Of a stretch of DNA of 64,000 nucleotides, positions 57,022 to 64,000 are shown piece by piece; the stretch's first letter is position 1; each line of letters opens with the position of its first letter. Source of the DNA: the human T2T-CHM13v2.0 reference genome, Homo sapiens. Under the pieces are notes generated by a model. The model was not told where the DNA came from. It did no database searches and saw only the letters and a list, made by a program, of their open reading frames with translations. Position numbers and translations under genes: made by a program. The stretch lies in NCBI RefSeq assembly GCF_009914755.1, contig NC_060930.1, one strand, 5' to 3'.

Positions 57022-57083
57022 TTGTGAAGTGCTTTGAGATCCTCAGATGAAAGGTGCCATGTTACTCTGAAGTGTCATTATTT
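57022..57083 (+). mobile_element. Ancient SINE 3' tail (AmnSINE1 / LF-SINE-like)
   Basis: TTGTGAAGTGCTTTGAGATCCTCAGATGAAAGGTGC...TCATTATT resembles the remembered tail TTGTAAAGCGCTTTGGGATCC..GGATGAAAGGCGCTAT. Confidence 0.5.
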
Positions 57084-59319
57084 TTCTACTGCCCTTTCAT
57101 CCAAGGTGATTATAGCTCTTCGCAAGCATTAATTAATTCTTATAACAGCCCCAGAAAGCAGATAAGCGTAGGAGTCATCCACACTGGGGCCAAGAGAGAC
57201 GTTTATCCAAGGAGTTTAGCGGTAGCTATTGTGTAGTCAGTTTGGCTGTTGGGAGGCCCCCAAATCACAGGGCTTTGTGGCTGGAGCATCAGCAATTTGT
57301 ACAAACCTCCAGTTTAGCAACAGTTCAATGAGGAGCAATATCTGTAAAACCCAGATTTAAAAAAATAATAATTATTCAGTTTATATCCTGAGGATATCCT
57401 CAAAGGCTTAGTTATGGGGTAGGGGTGGAGAAAAATAGAACTGTCATCTGTAATTTTTCAATAACCTGGCAACTTTGTAATCAAACAAAACATTTCTCAT
57501 GTTCTATAGAAAAGTATTGGCCCAAGGTCACAATACTATGGAGCTTAAACTATTATAGGAATTGCCTTTAGTTCAAAATCACAGATAGACTTTGACTTTC
57601 ACTAAGATCTATGAATTGTGGTCTTTTTCACTGCTATTTATGCTGCTACTGTGGGATGAAGAGTCTTATCATGAGACAGGAATTTTATAGACATAAGTTA
57701 GTGCCCTTTTCATAGAAAGGGCAAATCTCCTCAAAGAGGAGACTTCTCTCAATGACTTACAATCTGTTTTTGGCACAAATATTCAATGAGTAAAAGATTT
57801 GTTTAAAACAGCTTGGATATCCTACTGACTCCCAGGGAACAGAGAGCAGTGTGACAAAGGGACTTGAGGACTGGCAAAGATGCTTGTTTTCTGTTAGTAT
57901 TGAAGCTTTGGAATTCTTGCACCATTTATTTAGAAATGGATGTGAATGTATAAGGTCCTAATTACATCAGATCTTAGGACTACAGTAGAAAACAAGGTAT
58001 TTCATCCCTTAATGATCAGGAGTATGCCTGTCCTCTTGGCAGGGTGTGGCTGCAAGCTGGGTGCAGTGCTGGTGAGGATGAGATAGACAGTGCTTGCCTC
58101 ATCCACTTGGTGCTGGACCACACTTACCTGGCACTACAAACACTGTTATTGCACAGCCACAAATACTGATGATTATTGTTTTTTACCATTACCATTACTA
58201 TTGCTGTTATTATCAAATACAATAAAGTTATAATTACTACTTGACATTCATTAAGGCTTGCAAAGCACAACCTCAAAACAGACTCCACCAAAGGTTTATA
58301 TAATCATTTACATAGGTAGAAAATAAAACTCCATGTACGAAACACAATTAGAATGGACAGAATGTGGTTTTTTTTCACTACAGACTGCTTTTCCAAAGAG
58401 TATACAAAATTACTCTCTGAGATGCATATGTAAGCCAAAGGTTTGCTTTGTGTGTCAGTAGAAGGAAATCCCTTGAGATACTGCTCTACTGCACTTCCCA
58501 GAACGTCTTAACACCCAGTACGTGCTCAGTAAGTCAGTTTCTCTCTAGATGGAACTACATTAACACAGGTGATATAGGTGGCATATTTTGTTTAGGGTTG
58601 AAATGTCACTATTGTGAGGGTCATAAATACATATATGTACTTTTAAAATGTATTCGAACTGTTAAGTTCATGCTATATGATTGAGATTGAATTAGGCTCT
58701 TTCAAATACTGCTTCACTGATTTCCACTAAGTATCATGAGTTGTGTCATAATTCTGAGACTCAAGCATCATCCCACAAAAGAGCTGATACCCCATCAGCC
58801 ATTATGATCATCACAAAATGTGCACACATTCTAAAACAATTGCTGCGCTGATAGGACTGGCTTGTGGCGCGCACTCAGGACACGGTACAGCCTCTATTCC
58901 AATCACAGTTCAAAAAAGACTGAAAATCTCTCCCCAGTGTCAATAGCAAATACTCTCTGGACATGTGTTTAAGGAGAATCTGTTGAGTATACACTACCAA
59001 ATGCAACAGTGCATAAGGATCCAGGTAATTTTAAATAATGTTAAACTTACTGAGAAACAAGAAAAAGTCCATTCCTAAACCAATTTTCATCTGTAAAAAG
59101 TTCCACTGCTTTAATTAATGATTTTAAAAATAGTTCATCAAAGTCACTTAGATCTGTTCCGTATGAAATACCATGCCTGTCTATCAACTTTTCTGATATG
59201 CGAAGCGTAATTGCACCATTAAGAGCAACTTAATTCGTTCAGTCCATGAGTCCAGGAATATATCAGATAGATTACCTGCATCTAGCTCACTTTTCCCAAG
59301 TAAAACCAAGTTAGAACAT

Positions 59320-59605
59320 TGTGCCTGTAATTCTCCATTTGTCTGTCCCTCCAGATCCATGCCCTATCCTTCTATTTTCTGTGAGGCTCATCTCTATGGA
59401 CCACATTGCACAGACTCCCTTGTCCTCTGGCTGCTGGGTGAGTTTGGCCAAGGGAGGCACCACCAGGATCTTGGAAGGAAGAAGGAGAGGATATGTCCCA
59501 GTTCTTCCCTTAAGGCCAGAGTTTTGCCAGTGGTGCCTTCCTCTGACCAAGACAGCCCTGGGCCTTGGATTCTCCAACAACCATTCCCTTACACTTGCTC
59601 CTTCC
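59320..59605 (+). mobile_element. LTR33-like (ERVL) partial LTR
   Basis: CCCTCCAGATCCA...TCTATGGACCACAT...CTCCCTTGTCCTCTGGCTGCTGGGTGAGTTTGGCCAAGGGAGGCAC. Confidence 0.7.
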
Positions 59606-60066
59606 TGACAGAGCTCCTTGGTCTAGATTGAGTGGGTCTCTTTTCTTTTGCACAGAAAATGCCCTGAGTCCCTGATGAAAATAGAAGCTTATGTGGTACT
59701 CTAAAGTTTTAAAAAACCAAAGTGAATATTGTATTTCCTGCTGGGGTTTTTCCTCATGACCAAACAGGGAAGCCAAACAGAACTAACACATGTGCTCCGT
59801 ACCATAAAATATCCGCATAACACAGAATTTCAAGGATGATGGCCTATGAATTGGTCCTTCCATGTGGATTATACAGGCAACTGCCTACCCTGTGTGATGT
59901 TTGGAGAAAATGATGGGTCTTGGGCCACACACGCACACAAAAATCCCTGCCCTAAAGTTTAATGCTTCTAAACCCATAGCTTCATCCCTTGTGTTTAATG
60001 ATTTGTTCAATAAGAATAGCCCAGGGGTAAGGGAGGCTTAACTCTTTAAATGTCAGTAGTCATTTA

Positions 60067-60555
<489 letters not shown>

Positions 60556-61389
60556 CTACACGTGATAGGCCTTATCAATCAAGCTCCCATTTGGTAGAAT
60601 GACTTCCCTCTGCTCCCACGACTTACTCTTCCCACCAGAGCTCATCTGACACATTTGCTTCTGAGTGTTTAGGAAGCCCCTTGTTTCTGAGGATGAAGGA
60701 TAGCAAGTCTCGTGGGACAGGTAGGAGTCATGCTCCAGAACCCAGGATGAACGCTGTGCCTATTTTAAAAGACAATTACAATACATATAGTGTTCACGTC
60801 AGTCATCCCGGTGTTTTATTTATTGTATCTGGAAGCAGATGGTCTTCAAAGTGTTTAAACACATTTGAACATGCAAGATCCATTATTTATTGCATGAGAT
60901 AGTGAATAGAGGCAGAGGCGTGGGGCCATTAGCAGGTACAGAAGGCTGGGAACGCCAAAAGGCAGCTGGCTTCCATGCAGCCCAAGAGAAAACTACCCTC
61001 TTGTCACATTGGTTTTCCAGTCCCAGAGCTGTTGGCCAAAAGCACACCTCCAGCCCGACCAGAAGCACTATCTTTGTTGCTGTGTGTGTGAAAACGAATG
61101 TCTCTTTTTGTTTTGCCAGAATGCTTGGACAAATATGCAAGTTTAAAAAAAAAAGAAAGAAAGAAAGGAAAGAAAACGGGTGTAAGTTACCAAAAAAAGC
61201 TTACTGGATTTAGAATGTCAGGGTCTAGAGAGTGGAAAGTGATTGATTTGGAAATCAAATGAGAAAAAAAAAAAACTTTCTTAAAAATGGAGTGAACGCC
61301 CTACACCCTCCCCCTCTCCTCCTTTCCTGGTCTCCTCTCCTTCTTTATTATTGATACCTCTCTTTTTGATCTCTGCACTCCTTTGTTTT

Positions 61390-61920
61390 GGCTTCCCCGG
61401 TGCCTAGGGAAAATGGCTAGCAGTGAGTTCTTCAGCATCCCGGCTCGGGCTCCGCAACCAGCCCCTCTGGCTCAGCCAGCTGGATCACACTGAATTAGTC
61501 AAGTACTTCATTATCTCCCCTCTCTGCACATTTTGCTCCAGGTAATAAATGCCCAAACAAGAGAGCCTTCTGCTGCACTGTCTGTGAAGTTCCAGGGTCT
61601 GGGCCAATTCTGCAGATAGGCTCCGTGCCCTGGGAGGGCACCACTTTTCATCCCTCGCCTGCAGTGCCCCCCAGTCTCCGTTTAGTCACAGCGGTTCGCT
61701 AACCGTGAGCCGCTGATAACCGGCCGGCTGGGGAGCCCGGGAGCCCTTGCGGAGGCGTGGGCTGGCTCGGGTGCGCAGGCCTGGCCCAGCGGGGGCGCCG
61801 GGAGAGCCGGCCCAATTATGATGTTGGGAGGGATGTTGTGATCCTCGGAGGCGGCTCTCGCTAACAGGCAGGGGCCTGGGGGTCCCGAGGCAAGGCCGGT
61901 CTCACAATGGACAGGCAAAA
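61390..61920. promoter_or_regulatory. Small non-repeat CpG island; candidate promoter / enhancer
   Basis: GC-rich with dense CpG at 61620-61900, an EGR-like GCGTGGGC, two TAACCG (MYB-like) motifs and a CTCF-like TGGCCCAGCGGGGGCGC (61782-61798). Confidence 0.65.
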
Positions 61921-63342
61921 ATGTAGATCTCTAGGTTTGGTGGGCAAAGCCACAGGGAGGAATTTTTAAAACATAATCAAGTGGCCACCCTTGAAAAGTC
62001 AGGTCAGGCTAAATCACGATGTGAACTGTGTGGCCCTATCCCCTTGCTAGTAGATGGCCCGAAATAAGAGGCTCCTTCAGCTTCAGAAGTAAGATCCAGG
62101 TTGAGCCCTCCAAATGCAAACACATTTTCTCCCTCGATTTTCCTCTGACTTTGGGGTTTTGTGAGTTGTTTTTTTTTTTCTTCCTTCCTCCCCTGAGAAC
62201 ACTTTCAGCTCTGCTCATTGCAGCAGTGAGGCAAACCTCCAAGGCCTTCTTTCTGGTTGGTGACAGGCCAGGTACCTAAACCAGAGGGAGCAGAATCAAT
62301 AGAATTGAGCATCTTGACCTGCACATTAAAGGGCCTTTTAGGGTGACTGAGATTGCAATGTCACAGAATTGTAAATGCATGTAAGAAAATTTGGCTACAG
62401 AGACTAGCACTTTAAAGATAACACTGTCTTCATGTCAATTAAACAGGGAGAATGACCTATAGGGAAAGTTAAAATTCAGGATTGATATGAATCAAGAGAT
62501 TTTAAAGCAAGAGAAGCTTTTTTTACATCCCTGGTACAAGTATTATGGGAAAGTCCACAGAGGAAGAAAGAATATATAGATCAACTCTCATTCATCAAAG
62601 CTAACTACTTTAATATCAAAGAATGGGAGAAAGGGAGCTCTCAGGCAAAACAGGGGGTCCCCTCCTCCTGTACCCCCTGCTCCAAGTCATTAGGAAAAAA
62701 AAAATGATAGAAAAGAAATGTCTCTGGCCACCGAGGTCTAGACTGCAGCATTTAGATAAAAATATAAATGGCAAAATACTGCTAAATTAATCCAACTTCC
62801 TTTGATTATTGATGTCCTACTGTTTTGTGCCTGAAACAACATACAAGATGCATCAGTCATTTATAAATTATTCATTCAGTTATTTTGGCAGCAGTGTCTT
62901 TCCATTTATCAACTGATAAATGTACAGAAGATAAGAAGGGTAATTTTATAGCCTCTTGACATTTACCTTTGACATGATTTTCATATTTAATAAGGGAAAA
63001 ACACTAATGAAATACGTTTGACAACACCGTAGGCATCATAGATTAACACCAGCAAAAATAAGCCACAGGCACCTGATCTCCCAGCTTTGGCCAGGAGCTC
63101 CAGAAACTCACCAGCTCCCTTCAGTTTCCTGCTTGACACACTCCCATCTGTGTCTGCAAACAGAAGTAGATATAATGAGAATTTTTGCTTTTGCTTCCTT
63201 GTTTGTTTGGTTCTGAATAGCTCTACTTTGTGACCTAAACAGAAAGAGGCATTGTTTTTATTTTTGGTTTTTGGCAGGGTGGTAGTCTAAACAGTTTTAT
63301 TTTCTAAAATATATCTACCAGGTAGATTGGATAGGTCTATAG

Positions 63343-63594
<252 letters not shown>

Positions 63595-63735
63595 TAATCC
63601 CTTCACTATCTACCCCTCCACCATAATCAGGTCTTATTTGTGCCTTAGTCTCACCAACCTTCTCACCTGGCTTTCCATTCTGCTCCACTTCTCTGACTAG
63701 TATTCTATAACTGTGCTATTGACTCACACCCCACA

Positions 63736-63760
63736 ACACACACACACACACACACACACA
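63736..63760 (+). repeat. (CA)n microsatellite
   Basis: Direct observation. Confidence 0.95.
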
Positions 63761-64000
63761 AAACGTACAGAGAGATCTAGAGAGAAGTAAGGTTATCAAG
63801 TGACGCCCTGGGACCTAGACTGTGGGCTGGAACTGTAGCTAGATAGAGTGGGTTGCCAAAGTTGGACTGCTGGCTCTGGTCAATCAGAGGCCAAAAGATA
63901 AGAGTGACAGCAGTTTCTTCATGCACTCTAACCAACTGATATATCTAAATGTTTCCCTTACATCCAAAAGCTTCATCAACAGAATTTTGTAAAAGATCCG

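Overview
This is primate non-coding genomic DNA, almost certainly human, because it carries an undiverged AluYd8 copy. It is intergenic or a large intron. I cannot support any protein-coding exon, tRNA, rRNA or known ncRNA. The ORFs in the track are explained by L1, Alu, MaLR and LTR12 sequence or by chance. A large share of the window is interspersed repeat: an old internally deleted L1 (1-3466), about 24 Alus, an LTR12C/E-type solo LTR, a near-complete MSTA provirus, other MaLR/ERVL LTRs, MIR, L2 and MER5A. Between the repeats lie unique islands rich in homeodomain, POU and SOX motifs, plus two CpG-rich islands (about 47.3-47.9 kb and 61.4-61.9 kb), which suggests the enhancer landscape of a developmental gene. 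I could not identify the locus. I found no evidence of a new multi-gene system. The best leads are a 47-64 bp non-repeat duplication 2.3 kb apart, an AT-rich fold-back palindrome, a young 5'-truncated AluYd8, a TAATTAATGC motif recurring in four unique islands, two possible ancient exapted repeats, and LTR elements with clipped ends but apparent target-site duplications (TSDs). Repeat subfamily calls come from remembered consensus sequences and need RepeatMasker/Dfam confirmation. Boundaries of old repeats are approximate.
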